Shown here one piece after another: positions 37,587 through 47,590 of a stretch of 64,000 nt of DNA. Both the position numbers and the translations under genes were made by a program. The DNA lies in sequence record LR756504.1; one strand, 5' to 3'. Position 1 is the first letter of the stretch, and each line of letters begins with the position of its first letter. The notes beneath the pieces were generated by a model. That model saw only the letters and a program-made list of their open reading frames with translations, made no database searches and was not told the origin of the DNA.

Positions 37587-38744
37587 TTAGGCTTCATATT
37601 GATTATAAATCATATTGATTCTTTCCTCGGTATATTGACATGTAAGCAAATAACTATCAACTTTCTGAGAAGGTAATTCAAACATAACATCACTCATGAT
37701 TTTCTCACAAATTGCTCTAAGTCCTCTAGCACCCAATTTAAATTCCAATGCTTTTTCAGCAATACATGCAATTGCATCTTCTTCTATTTCAAGCTTAATG
37801 TTATCAAGAGCGAATAATCTCACATATTGCTTCAATATAGAATTTCTAGGTTCAGTTAAAATTAATTTCAATGTTTCATTAGTAAGAGCATCCAAATGAG
37901 TTAGTATCGGCAAACGCCCCAACAATTCAGTTATTAATCCGAATTGAATTAAATCTTGTACAGCAATACATTTCAATAGATTATCTTCGTTGATTGCTTG
38001 TGGAGTTTTGCTAGTGAATCCAACTTTACTATTCACATTCAATCTATTACGGATTATATCTTTAATACCACCAAAAGCACCACCTGAAATGAAAAGAATA
38101 TTATCAGTATTCATTACCATCTCATTTTCAATGGCTTGTTTCTTACTTGGCTTTAGATTAACTATACTGCTTTCAAGTATTTTCAATAATGCTTGTTGTA
38201 CACCGACACCCGCTACATCAAGCATTTGTGTTCCTTGAGTTCGTTTCTTAGCAATTTTATCAATTTCGTCAATATAGACAATACCTTTTTCTGCTTTTTT
38301 AATATCGAAATCCGATGCTTGTAATAAACGATATAAAATACTTTCAACATCTTCACCAGTATAACCTGTTTGAGTTAATGTAGTTGCATCTACAATGCAA
38401 AATGGAACATCGAGAATTTTAGCAAGAATTTTAATCAAGTACGTTTTACCTGTGCCTGATTCACCAATCATAATAACATTGGATTTTTCGATAATTACAT
38501 CATCTTCATCTTTACAAGGATTGTTAATTCTCTTATAATGATTGTATGCTGCGACAGCAATAGTTTTCTTTGCTTCATCCTGACCAATAACATATTGATC
38601 CAAAAATTCTTTGATTTGTATAGGTTTTAAATCAAATGTTGGCGCTGCTTTTTTTATGAAATCTGGCTTAGAAGCCTTTTTGATAATTTTTTTAGGAAGT
38701 GGTTCAATCACTCTTTTTTTCTTCTTTTTGAATATTGTCTTCAT
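37587..38744 (-). CDS. clpX: ATP-dependent Clp protease ATPase subunit ClpX (no zinc-binding domain)
   Basis: LDQYVIGQDEAKK..AYNHYKRI, Walker A GESGTGKT, YIDEIDK, GVQQALLK, LFISGGAF, VGF loop, GRLP, GARGLR. Confidence 0.95.
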   Translation of the reverse strand: MKTIFKKKKKRVIEPLPKKIIKKASKPDFIKKAAPTFDLKPIQIKEFLDQYVIGQDEAKKTIAVAAYNHYKRINNPCKDEDDVIIEKSNVIMIGESGTGKTYLIKILAKILDVPFCIVDATTLTQTGYTGEDVESILYRLLQASDFDIKKAEKGIVYIDEIDKIAKKRTQGTQMLDVAGVGVQQALLKILESSIVNLKPSKKQAIENEMVMNTDNILFISGGAFGGIKDIIRNRLNVNSKVGFTSKTPQAINEDNLLKCIAVQDLIQFGLITELLGRLPILTHLDALTNETLKLILTEPRNSILKQYVRLFALDNIKLEIEEDAIACIAEKALEFKLGARGLRAICEKIMSDVMFELPSQKVDSYLLTCQYTEERINMIYNQYEA

Positions 38745-38748
38745 ATTA

Positions 38749-38779
38749 CAAATATACTAATAATTGTGATAAATACAAA
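38749..38779 (-). promoter_or_regulatory. Bacteroidota-type promoter, leaderless (clpX)
   Basis: TTTG-N19-TATATTTG-N4-ATG. Confidence 0.8.
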
Positions 38780-38780
38780 T

Positions 38781-39506
38781 TTATGAGAAATATAATGTTA
38801 AAAATTCTTTATGAAGCTCTCTAACCTTATGTTTATGCTCTTCTTGTTTATCTTTCCATAAAGACATCATAAATGACTTAGATATAGAATCCATCTGCCT
38901 TTCGGGATATTTCTTATCAAGTAGTTTGATATGCCAATTAATCCAATCTTCGAAAGAATTTAACTCTTTATCTAAATCAGTTATTAGTTTATCAATATGA
39001 TTTTTAGTAATATCATTCATGTTATTTACTGACAGGTTCATCTACTATAACAATTTGATTATTCTTTAAATGTGCATTTAAAATAGCAAGATGTCCGTCT
39101 GCTTGACATACCTGTTTATTATCTACCCACATATACCAATCACCATTTTTTATTTTTTTCACAGTTTATACTTTTTTAATAGTACAAAGGTACAATAAAT
39201 TGTAGTTATATACAAACGTATTGAGATATACTTTCCTATAATACGTTAAAATGAGACATTATTTACCTATCAATATATATCCATTGTCCAACCATTTAAT
39301 TCATCAAGTTTATTCAATTTATCTATTCTTTCAATAATACTATCTTTCAATTTCGCTGTATTATCATTAGAGCTTTCATTTGCAACATATTGAATATCAC
39401 CCATTTTATCCACAGATATTACAACACTGCTAGGTATAGTCGATATACTTTTTGTACAAACATAAAGTGTAAGCTGTCTCAATATTATATTAAATAAATA
39501 TTTCAT
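38781..39506 (-). other. Hypothetical CDS 38781-39041 and 39270-39506 plus a short GTG-start ORF ending at about 39023
   Basis: ORF track and hand translation; promoter at 39185. Confidence 0.55.
39185..39216 (-). promoter_or_regulatory. Bacteroidota-type promoter
   Basis: TTTG-N20-TACCTTTG. Confidence 0.85.
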
Positions 39507-39566
39507 AATGTTCTACTTTTAGATTTAATCCATATTATATAACAAATGTATTTCCATAATTATTTT

Positions 39567-39595
39567 AAAACTTTCGTCTTTAGTTTTACTATAAT
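39567..39595 (+). promoter_or_regulatory. Class II promoter AAAACT-N17-TATAAT
   Basis: Upstream of tagged gene 39624. Confidence 0.6.
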
Positions 39596-39623
39596 TAGTA
39601 TATGGGTAAAATTGCGAATTAAT

Positions 39624-39875
39624 ATGAATGATGAAATAATAGGTAATATATTAAAAAGTAATGTACTCTATTGTAAAGAAAATTATTATCCTTTTATTAA
39701 AGGTAGAATATACAGATGTGTAATAACAAATTTTAGTATAGTTATTACAATAGAAAGCAACTGCGGAAATCATAGATATTTTATAATAGATATTAAAGAT
39801 AGTATGAATAAACTACTAAATCATTTTACTACTGTTCAAGAACATAGAGAATCTATCATCAAAGATTTATTATGA
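39624..39875 (+). CDS. C-terminal-tag protein (LIC subfamily)
   Basis: Start MNDEII; VLYCKE..KGRIYRC; ends VQEHRESIIKDLL*. Confidence 0.8.
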   Translation: MNDEIIGNILKSNVLYCKENYYPFIKGRIYRCVITNFSIVITIESNCGNHRYFIIDIKDSMNKLLNHFTTVQEHRESIIKDLL

Positions 39876-40001
39876 AAATAGATAAAATAGAATTAGATTC
39901 TCTAAATAGAATGTTAAGAGTTGGTTTTGGTAAACATAATGGGAGATGGTTTTTCAGAATTGATTTATGGTTTGTCGGATATAGAATAACCAAATAAATA
40001 T

Positions 40002-41309
40002 ATGGATAAAATTACAGTAATTAAAGCATTTAAGTCTCATGGAATACAATTCAAGAAAGGTGATGTTTTCTATGGGCGATGGGTATATGCATCCAATCTT
40101 AATAAAGATAAAATACTACCATTAGTCGTAGCATGTAATTATTCGTATGGTCCCTTCCTATTACCTAAAGAAAACTTTATAAAAAATGATTAAGAAGATA
40201 TTAAGATGCTTATTTATAGTACAGGAAAGAAGTAATAAAGGTAGAACACCTAAATTGGGGAAAGGTTATTTCACTGCCTATAGATTCAATCCTTACAACC
40301 CATTAAGCTATATCACTGTAGTGATAGCATTAATCATTGGAATTATTCTATATGGTATATTAGGTATTTGGAAAGAAATGGATTCTCAAAATCCTTTTAA
40401 ATGGAATTAATATGAGCTATTCAAAATTCAAATCTATTTTAAATAAAAACATCTGTTATGATGGATTACAAGATTATACAGTTGAAAATGTATTAGTAGA
40501 ATACTTAAAAATATTAGGCAATACAGAAGATGTAGAAAAGAGTGCTGAATTTTATTCTACACATGTATCAAATGGTATAGACGAAGATAGAGAGCGAGCT
40601 AAACAAGATTATATAGCTGGCGTTAATTATATTATTAATCAATTTTTAAATAGAGATTAACTATGATAGGAACAGAAAGAGTAGTATATAATGTAATGTC
40701 CATATGGGCGTTTGAATGGTATGTGAAAGATTATTTAGATATTAATATAGTAGATGTATTAGAAGAGTTTGGTGGTGCTAAAGATATACGTATAGGCAGT
40801 CTTATCGAACAAGGAATTTCTAAAAGTATAGCATTTGAATTTAATATCACACAGGATAAATTAGATGTACATGGAGATAATTTATCATATGATTCTAAAA
40901 CAGAATACTATTTATATTCGTTATGTTCTAAAGGACTTATTCAACCAGGTAAATATCTGTTAAATTCTATAATTGAAGTATTATGAAAAAATCATTAATT
41001 ATTGTAATAATAGCATCCCTATTAATATTGCTTGTTTTAGGTTCTCTATATTCTGTGTATTGGACATTTACACAACTTGATATGCCTATTTAATTTAAAT
41101 AATTAATTATGAAAAACTCGTATCATAAAATTTTAATACAAAATATGAAAAATGGTTCATATGGTGAATTACCACCAAGAATAAATAGAGTAACTAATCC
41201 ATCTAATTTAAAGCAAATACGAACTGATACTAAATCAGAAATTACTTGGAATACTATTATATTATATGCTGTATTATTTACAACAGCCATTATAACAATT
41301 ATTAATTAA
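40002..41309 (+). other. Six small CDS (40002-40193, 40186-40410, 40412-40660, 40663-40986, 40983-41093, 41109-41309)
   Basis: Overlapping plus-strand operon; several carry TM segments. Confidence 0.65.
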
Positions 41310-41472
41310 TATTAAAACATATTTTAAAATTTATCGTTTAATATAGTATGCGCAAACATCGCATCATATGGTATCTCGAATATTATCATATGTTAATTTA
41401 AGGCTTTTTATTGATGGTTTACATCTTTTTGTCGCGGAAACAGTATCCCATGCAGCCTTTTTTAGTAATAAG

Positions 41473-41510
41473 AAAGCAGGACTATTGGAGAAATTCAATA
41501 GTCTGTTTTT
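41473..41510 (+). terminator. Intrinsic terminator
   Basis: CAG(G)ACTATTG-N8-CAATAGTCTG followed by TTTTT. Confidence 0.7.
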
Positions 41511-41517
41511 ATTTAAA

Positions 41518-41549
41518 TTTGGATTTGATTGTAAAATTTTATATATTTG
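41518..41549 (+). promoter_or_regulatory. Bacteroidota-type promoter
   Basis: TTTG-N20-TATATTTG. Confidence 0.75.
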
Positions 41550-41574
41550 GTGTTATAAAAATAAACTACAAAAT

Positions 41575-41808
41575 ATGAGCGTAATAAATGAAATACTTGA
41601 TGGTAATTATCAGTTAATTAAAACTCTTTTAACAGATGATGTAGAAATTCTTATCGAACATGTTAAATTAATGGAAGAAAATGATAAGTTAGACTTTATA
41701 ACAAACATTGTTGATGAAGAAATTTTTGATGTTTACCCAGTTGGTTCACTTAAAAAATTTCTATTAAGCTTTAAAGATGAATTGGTAAAAATTTCAGATA
41801 GAAGTTAA
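41575..41808 (+). CDS. Hypothetical protein, paralog of 42232 and of the 53704 N-terminal half
   Basis: INEIL.GNY.LI..DFITNI..LL.FK.EL.KIS; start corrected to MSVINE. Confidence 0.75.
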   Translation: MSVINEILDGNYQLIKTLLTDDVEILIEHVKLMEENDKLDFITNIVDEEIFDVYPVGSLKKFLLSFKDELVKISDRS

Positions 41809-42224
41809 TGACAAGAATTAATGTGGGTATTGCGGTTTCAAAATTAACTGACCAACATCTATTAGCAGAACATAGAGAAATTACAAGGATACCTAATGTA
41901 ATCAAAGGTAAGTCTATTACTAATACCATTCCTAAGCATTTTAAACTAGGTAAGGGACACGTTATGTTCTTCTATGATAAGATAGGTTATTTATATAATA
42001 GATACATAGAACTCTACAAAGAATGTCTTAACAGAGGCTTTAATATTGATAGTAAAGAATCTACATTTAATGGACACAATTTAACTATTAATTGGGAAGC
42101 CGATATAGATTGTCGTGCGATATTGATTGAAAGAATATCTAATAGAATATATGATTCTAAACAAATTCCAAGATATTACGGCAAGCCTGTTACTAAAGAA
42201 GAAGCTATAAATTTATTAAAATAA
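41808..42224 (+). CDS. denV: Pyrimidine-dimer DNA glycosylase / endonuclease V
   Basis: MTRIN (N-terminal Thr nucleophile), LTDQHLLAEHREITRI, FKLGKGHVMFFYDK..YL..RY..LY.EC..RGF. Confidence 0.93.
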   Translation: MTRINVGIAVSKLTDQHLLAEHREITRIPNVIKGKSITNTIPKHFKLGKGHVMFFYDKIGYLYNRYIELYKECLNRGFNIDSKESTFNGHNLTINWEADIDCRAILIERISNRIYDSKQIPRYYGKPVTKEEAINLLK

Positions 42225-42231
42225 AAAATAT

Positions 42232-42510
42232 ATGAATGCTATAAATGATTCTGAAACTAATGATTTAGTTAATAATATCAAATTTAGATATATCAATGAA
42301 ATACTCAATGGTAACTATAAATTGATTAATAATATTACTTCTGCTACAGTAGATACTTTTATTAACCATGTTAAAGAAATGAAGGAAGATGAAAGATTGG
42401 ATTTAATTACAAATATTATTGATAATAGAGATAATATTATAGAAGGAAATCTTAAAGTAATTCTTTTAAACTTTAAATCTGAATTAGAAAAAATATCTTC
42501 AATGAGTTAA
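42232..42510 (+). CDS. Hypothetical protein, paralog of 41575
   Basis: INEILNGNYKLI..DLITNII..LLNFKSELEKIS. Confidence 0.75.
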   Translation: MNAINDSETNDLVNNIKFRYINEILNGNYKLINNITSATVDTFINHVKEMKEDERLDLITNIIDNRDNIIEGNLKVILLNFKSELEKISSMS

Positions 42511-42526
42511 TTGTTTCTAACATCTT

Positions 42527-42838
42527 TTAATTAAAATAGTCGGAAATCTCCCTCCTATTTCTTATAATACTTTCTTTAAATTTAATATTTAATTCATCCT
42601 TAAAATATCCCACATTTATTTCTTTAATTGTACCATCATATTCTTTAAATGATACTACGAACATTGTAGTTTCATTAACTAATAACCAACCACTATTATT
42701 AGGATTTACCTTTATTTTTTCAGAAATAAAATATTTTTCGCACATAAAAATGTATTGATTAACATTCAATGCAATATTACTTATCCCAAATAGTCTATTG
42801 TGTATTTCAGATTCTCTAGATTCTCTATCGTGTTTCAT
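42527..42838 (-). CDS. Hypothetical protein
   Basis: 103 aa. Confidence 0.65.
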   Translation of the reverse strand: MKHDRESRESEIHNRLFGISNIALNVNQYIFMCEKYFISEKIKVNPNNSGWLLVNETTMFVVSFKEYDGTIKEINVGYFKDELNIKFKESIIRNRREISDYFN

Positions 42839-43454
42839 TATAAAATTCTTTAAATAGTTTTATTTTCTCAACACATTCTTTACCATATTCCTCACCACTT
42901 AAATATGCTGCACCAGTTTCGGCGAAATCTTCTTTTATATTAGTAGTTGCATAGTTAGATACAAATTGATAATCGAGACTCTCCCATCTATCTTTATATT
43001 TACTATCGAATAACTTACGATTATCAAAGTATAAAGCATGACAACATTCATGTAATAAAGTGCGTAAATGTCTATGATTTTTAGATGCTATTAAAATAGT
43101 AGATACACTTTTACCACTATTATGATGAGTAGTATAACATAAACCAATAGTAGATTCACCATCACCAGTATCAAACTCGGATGAGTTAGAAATAATAATT
43201 TCTTCTATAGCCTTTATCTGATTGAGGGTGAATTTTTGAGAAAGTAGCTTTTTATACTCTTTCTCATAATTTTCAAACTCTTTTTCATCAGTCATTAACA
43301 TTTCATCACCAATAGGAATCCTCCTACTGCTCTCTACATATTTTAAACCAGTATATTGTTTATTATTGCTATGACTTATACCGTAGTATATAGAATATAA
43401 AAAGGACACAGATAGTAGTAACACTATACTCAATAAAGGTGTATATTTTCTCAT
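42825..43454 (-). CDS. Membrane-anchored zincin metallopeptidase
   Basis: N-terminal TM; LLHECCHALY; VSNYATTNIKEDFAET. Confidence 0.8.
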   Translation of the reverse strand: MRKYTPLLSIVLLLSVSFLYSIYYGISHSNNKQYTGLKYVESSRRIPIGDEMLMTDEKEFENYEKEYKKLLSQKFTLNQIKAIEEIIISNSSEFDTGDGESTIGLCYTTHHNSGKSVSTILIASKNHRHLRTLLHECCHALYFDNRKLFDSKYKDRWESLDYQFVSNYATTNIKEDFAETGAAYLSGEEYGKECVEKIKLFKEFYNETR

Positions 43455-43489
43455 ATTCAAATATACACAAAAAATTTGATATATTAAAA

Positions 43490-43810
43490 TTATTTATATA
43501 GATTATCTATTCTTTTCTTCCTTTTAGTCAAAGCATCGTCACCACCATACATCATGGTTCTATATTTTTGATATTGATATTCAAATGAATTTTCAAATAT
43601 TATATTACTATAACCATACGTCTTATCAACCAAATCATTAGAATAATCTGATATAGGATCAGCAGATATTACGATTCTATCAGATGTAATTTGTTCAGTA
43701 TCAGGCACAGTATAGCATATTAATTCACTTTCTCTAATAGAATTCGATAAATAATTATTAAGATATTCTACTACATCTATTCCCACTGTTGATTTATTTT
43801 TATCTTTCAT
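43490..43810 (-). CDS. C-terminal-tag protein
   Basis: Ends TKRKKRIDNLYK*; N-terminal GIDVVEYLNNYLSNSI. Confidence 0.75.
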   Translation of the reverse strand: MKDKNKSTVGIDVVEYLNNYLSNSIRESELICYTVPDTEQITSDRIVISADPISDYSNDLVDKTYGYSNIIFENSFEYQYQKYRTMMYGGDDALTKRKKRIDNLYK

Positions 43811-43828
43811 ATTATGTCATTTAAAATT

Positions 43829-44182
43829 TTAAATATTATTATCAATGATATACAACCTATGTTCTGTGATAGTCATATAGTTATTCATAATGTAATCCAC
43901 TGTATGATTAAAATATGATGCAACATAATATCGTTTATTATCCTCGTTAATAAAAATGGTAATAAAATCCTTTTCTAACTTAAAAAGATAATGCGTTTCA
44001 ATAGATACTTTCTTACCTGTTTTTTTAGAATAAATATGATTTAATCCTATGAACTTTTTTAACTTCTGATAATTTATAGCACAATCTTTATCATATTTTT
44101 TATTTACAGACTTTTTTCGATCAAAAAATGTGTATATAAAATCAATAATATTAAAATATAGGCTGTATATCTTTTTAATCAT
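43829..44182 (-). CDS. Tagged protein (KFI..IY.K..G trio)
   Basis: Ends ITEHRLYIIDNNI*. Confidence 0.8.
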   Translation of the reverse strand: MIKKIYSLYFNIIDFIYTFFDRKKSVNKKYDKDCAINYQKLKKFIGLNHIYSKKTGKKVSIETHYLFKLEKDFITIFINEDNKRYYVASYFNHTVDYIMNNYMTITEHRLYIIDNNI

Positions 44183-44432
44183 TACATAATTTATTTATAA
44201 TAGTTTCTCTATGTTCAGATGGTGTTATATAGTTATCCAATACGTATTTCACATGTGTATCAAAACTAGAAGTATAAAAATCTCTATTAACATGATCATG
44301 AACATGAATTATATATGGTTCAAATTTATGAAAATCTCTCACTGAAACAAAAACCTTCTCACCAGTAGATTTACGATATATGTATTTTAAACCAATGAAC
44401 TTTTTAAACTTATTATAACTTTCTTTACTCAT
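44175..44432 (-). CDS. Tagged protein (trio)
   Basis: Ends PSEHRETIINKLCND*. Confidence 0.8.
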   Translation of the reverse strand: MSKESYNKFKKFIGLKYIYRKSTGEKVFVSVRDFHKFEPYIIHVHDHVNRDFYTSSFDTHVKYVLDNYITPSEHRETIINKLCND

Positions 44433-44701
44433 AATAACTCATTTATAATAGCTTCTCTATGTTCTGTAATAGTCAAGTAATTACTTAATAGTCGTTCCAC
44501 ATCTTCGTTATATAAAGAATTAAAAAGATGTATTCCATCACCAACTAGTATGTGAATACTATAGTCATAAATGTTATATTTAATCGGAATTTTAATACCT
44601 CTATATTTACAATATACGAATTTATCTTTTATAAACTTTTCGAATATTGAATAATTTATAGCACGTTGTTTAGTATTAATACTATCTATCATACCGCTCA
44701 T
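44429..44701 (-). CDS. Tagged protein (trio)
   Basis: Ends ITEHREAIINELL*. Confidence 0.8.
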   Translation of the reverse strand: MSGMIDSINTKQRAINYSIFEKFIKDKFVYCKYRGIKIPIKYNIYDYSIHILVGDGIHLFNSLYNEDVERLLSNYLTITEHREAIINELL

Positions 44702-45047
44702 TTTTTATAAACATCTACATCTATAAAATACTTCTCATTACACTCTGCGCTATAATTACCATCCAATGATATTACAAAACATAATCCACTAAGTCTAGTA
44801 GCAAGTATTCTATACTTCTCATTCTTGATTAAACTACTATTAGTTTCACCTATATACACTCTAACCATATATCAATTTGTTTTACCTATTAAAGGTAATA
44901 ACTTAATATAGTTTAACGCATACAGATGTTTAGGTACTGTATGATTCCACTCTTTTTTAATGGATATTTTATGATTAGATGTTGCTAATAAAACAACTAT
45001 AATAGCAAACATTAAATACGCGATAAGTTTTAATTTCATATTTTACA

Positions 45048-45257
45048 TTAATCTAAATTCAATTTATTTATTCTATATCGTCTATAATCACTTACCTTAA
45101 TAAACAAATGACATTTCTGTATACCACCATATCCACTCGCACCACCATCAAAAGTCATATACCATGTATTATTTATTTCACCACACGCTCTAACAGTATA
45201 TACAACTTCAGAATTCTTTATGGATACTACTCTATCCCCTATATTAAATGGTTTCAT
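45048..45257 (-). CDS. KOW-like tagged protein
   Basis: PFNIGDRVV; ends SDYRRYRINKLNLD*. Confidence 0.8.
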   Translation of the reverse strand: MKPFNIGDRVVSIKNSEVVYTVRACGEINNTWYMTFDGGASGYGGIQKCHLFIKVSDYRRYRINKLNLD

Positions 45258-45259
45258 AA

Positions 45260-45937
45260 TTAATCTTGAATAAATTCTGCTATTGTATGTTGTCTACACC
45301 ATTGTTTATAATTTTGTATACCTAATTTATCAGCTATTAAATTAATAACATATTTCTCAATATCTTTATAGTTTTTATGTGCGCTTAATGATGCATAAAT
45401 TATAGAAAGAGTATATGCATTAATATATTCTTTTGATGATACATCAACATTTGGAATATATTTAACTATAAAGTCTACATTTACTTCTCTTTTACCATCT
45501 GTCATATAATCAAGTAAAAATAGAGAATATTGATATTCTTTAGTTGATGCTATAACATCATATTTTTTATTGAAATTAGTTTCATCCCATGGTGTTCCAC
45601 GCTCAATCATATGTAATCTCTCACATTCATAAGTATGATCCCAAGAAGCACCATATACACTTATAAGTTTTACTGTAGGTGTAATTGTTGTAAATAATAT
45701 ATTAACTTTATTATGTGTAAAATAATCAGATAATTTATCTACAATAAGTGTACCTATTATTATTTTTTCAAATTCAGAAAAAGTGGAAATGATTTGATTA
45801 TATTTTTGTATTTCAGAGTCTTCTATAGATAAAATTATTGGTGGTGTATCAATTACATCATCATTTTCATAGTTCTTCACTACTTTTCTCATCCAATTAA
45901 GTACTTCTTCAAATTGTGTATGTAATTTTAATTTCAT
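45260..45937 (-). CDS. Tandem paralog with variant tag
   Basis: STKEYQYSLFLLDY shared with 45948; ends WCRQHTIAEFIQD*. Confidence 0.8.
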   Translation of the reverse strand: MKLKLHTQFEEVLNWMRKVVKNYENDDVIDTPPIILSIEDSEIQKYNQIISTFSEFEKIIIGTLIVDKLSDYFTHNKVNILFTTITPTVKLISVYGASWDHTYECERLHMIERGTPWDETNFNKKYDVIASTKEYQYSLFLLDYMTDGKREVNVDFIVKYIPNVDVSSKEYINAYTLSIIYASLSAHKNYKDIEKYVINLIADKLGIQNYKQWCRQHTIAEFIQD

Positions 45938-45947
45938 ATTTTAATAA

Positions 45948-46619
45948 TTAATCTTCTATAATATCTGCTAAAATAACTCGTCTACACCATTTTTTATAGC
46001 TATATACTTCTAATCTTTCAGCTATTAAATCTAACATATATTGGGATGCTTTATTCTTATCAATAGATATAGTATTGTAAATAACAGAAATTGCAAATAA
46101 GTTAACTATTTCATTTGCTGGTACGTCTAAATTAGATACATTAATTTCTCTATTACCATCAGTTATGTAGTCTAATAGAAATAATGAATATTGATATTCT
46201 TTAGTTGATGAAACTCTATTATATGTTTCTTCGAATGTTTCTTTTACCCATACATTTTTTTCTTCATTAAAGATTGCCTTTTCCCATGGTGTATGAGCAT
46301 CTAATTTCTTTTTTTCGTATGTATCTGACCACGTATCACCATACGAAATATCTGATAGTAATTTGAGTACACTTATAACACTTTTTAATATGATTTCTAT
46401 TTTATCATCATTTATATAATAATGTGAAGAATCTATTATATGTGAAGCGATTAATATTTTCTCATATTCAGAGAAATTACTTATGTTATTTGCATATTTT
46501 TGTATTATGACATCATCTACACAAAGAAGAAATGTTAAATCTGTTTCTGAATTCAGAAATATATTATTCCTTACCCAATTAAATGTTTCTTCAAATAGTG
46601 GATTTACGTTAAATTTCAT
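45948..46619 (-). CDS. Tandem paralog with variant tag
   Basis: Ends WCRRVILADIIED*. Confidence 0.8.
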   Translation of the reverse strand: MKFNVNPLFEETFNWVRNNIFLNSETDLTFLLCVDDVIIQKYANNISNFSEYEKILIASHIIDSSHYYINDDKIEIILKSVISVLKLLSDISYGDTWSDTYEKKKLDAHTPWEKAIFNEEKNVWVKETFEETYNRVSSTKEYQYSLFLLDYITDGNREINVSNLDVPANEIVNLFAISVIYNTISIDKNKASQYMLDLIAERLEVYSYKKWCRRVILADIIED

Positions 46620-46635
46620 ATTATTTGATTTAGGT

Positions 46636-46664
46636 ATTATATAAAATCTGATAGGTAATGTTTT
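46636..46664 (-). promoter_or_regulatory. Class II promoter AAAACA-N17-TATAAT
   Basis: At the head of the minus-strand tagged block. Confidence 0.55.
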
Positions 46665-46687
46665 AAAATAGAGATATTATTTCGATA

Positions 46688-46797
46688 ATAATGACCTGGT
46701 TTGAGCTTCTAAAATTTTTCTTCCTTCGGAAGAGCGGGAAAGGAGGACCGAGTATTTCCCTAATATTGTGAATATTCTGTTATTAATATGTCATTTA
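46688..46797 (+). ncRNA. Candidate small structured RNA
   Basis: GC-rich island in an intergenic gap; AATGAC/GTCATT, TCTTC/GAAGA and GGGAAA/TTTCCC helices. Confidence 0.35.
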
Positions 46798-46869
46798 TTC
46801 GGTAATAAATGGTATATGTCCAATATTCTTAATGCTTTATTTAAACAATAAAAATGCAATATATACAAT

Positions 46870-47160
46870 ATGAAGCACTTTAAACTATTTGAGAATTATA
46901 ATATAGATAAGAATCAATCTGTATACGGATATTGGGATTTAGCAAATGCTTTAGATATTACAAAATTAGTAACCTTTCTTAAAGATAATAATGTAACCTA
47001 CAAATACGATAAATATTCTAATAAATTAGAAATTGAAGTTGAAACTATGGATAAAGACATTCACAGTCTTATACTAACAGAATTAGATAAAATTGAAAGT
47101 GATACAACCGAATCAACAACAGATGATGTTATCTTAATAACTCCTATAAAATATTATTAA
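46870..47160 (+). CDS. MKxxKLFE N-terminal-tag protein
   Basis: MKHFKLFENY; AATATATA just upstream. Confidence 0.75.
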   Translation: MKHFKLFENYNIDKNQSVYGYWDLANALDITKLVTFLKDNNVTYKYDKYSNKLEIEVETMDKDIHSLILTELDKIESDTTESTTDDVILITPIKYY

Positions 47161-47162
47161 TT

Positions 47163-47552
47163 ATGAAGTATTTAAAACTATACGAAAACTTCTCAGAGGA
47201 TTGGGACGATGAAGAACCCGAAGATTGGGATAATGAAGACGAAGAAGAGGAAGAATTCTATGATATGTTTACTACATACAAAGACAAGTTTACTATCATA
47301 AATTTCAAACATTTAATAGAATTATTTAAAAATCATGGTATAAATCTTACCAAAGAAAATTTCTTTATTGATGATGATAGACTACATATTTTTAATAAGC
47401 AGTTAATATTTAATGAATCTATAATTAATATTAGTATTATTTTAAAGAGTTATGATGAAGTAAAAGAATGTGGTTTAACATCAAATAGACATTTCATAAT
47501 CAATTTCTATCATCCTATAAAAATGTTAGAACATTGGTGGGGAAATCTATAG
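47163..47552 (+). CDS. MKxxKLFE N-terminal-tag protein with acidic linker
   Basis: MKYLKLYENFSEDWDDEE. Confidence 0.75.
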   Translation: MKYLKLYENFSEDWDDEEPEDWDNEDEEEEEFYDMFTTYKDKFTIINFKHLIELFKNHGINLTKENFFIDDDRLHIFNKQLIFNESIINISIILKSYDEVKECGLTSNRHFIINFYHPIKMLEHWWGNL

Positions 47553-47561
47553 TTCCGATAT

Positions 47562-47589
47562 AAAGGGAGTTTTTTAAGTTCCCTTTTTT
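47562..47589. terminator. Bidirectional terminator
   Basis: AAAGGGA(G)TT..AAGTTCCCTTTTTT between convergent genes. Confidence 0.7.
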
Positions 47590-47590
47590 A

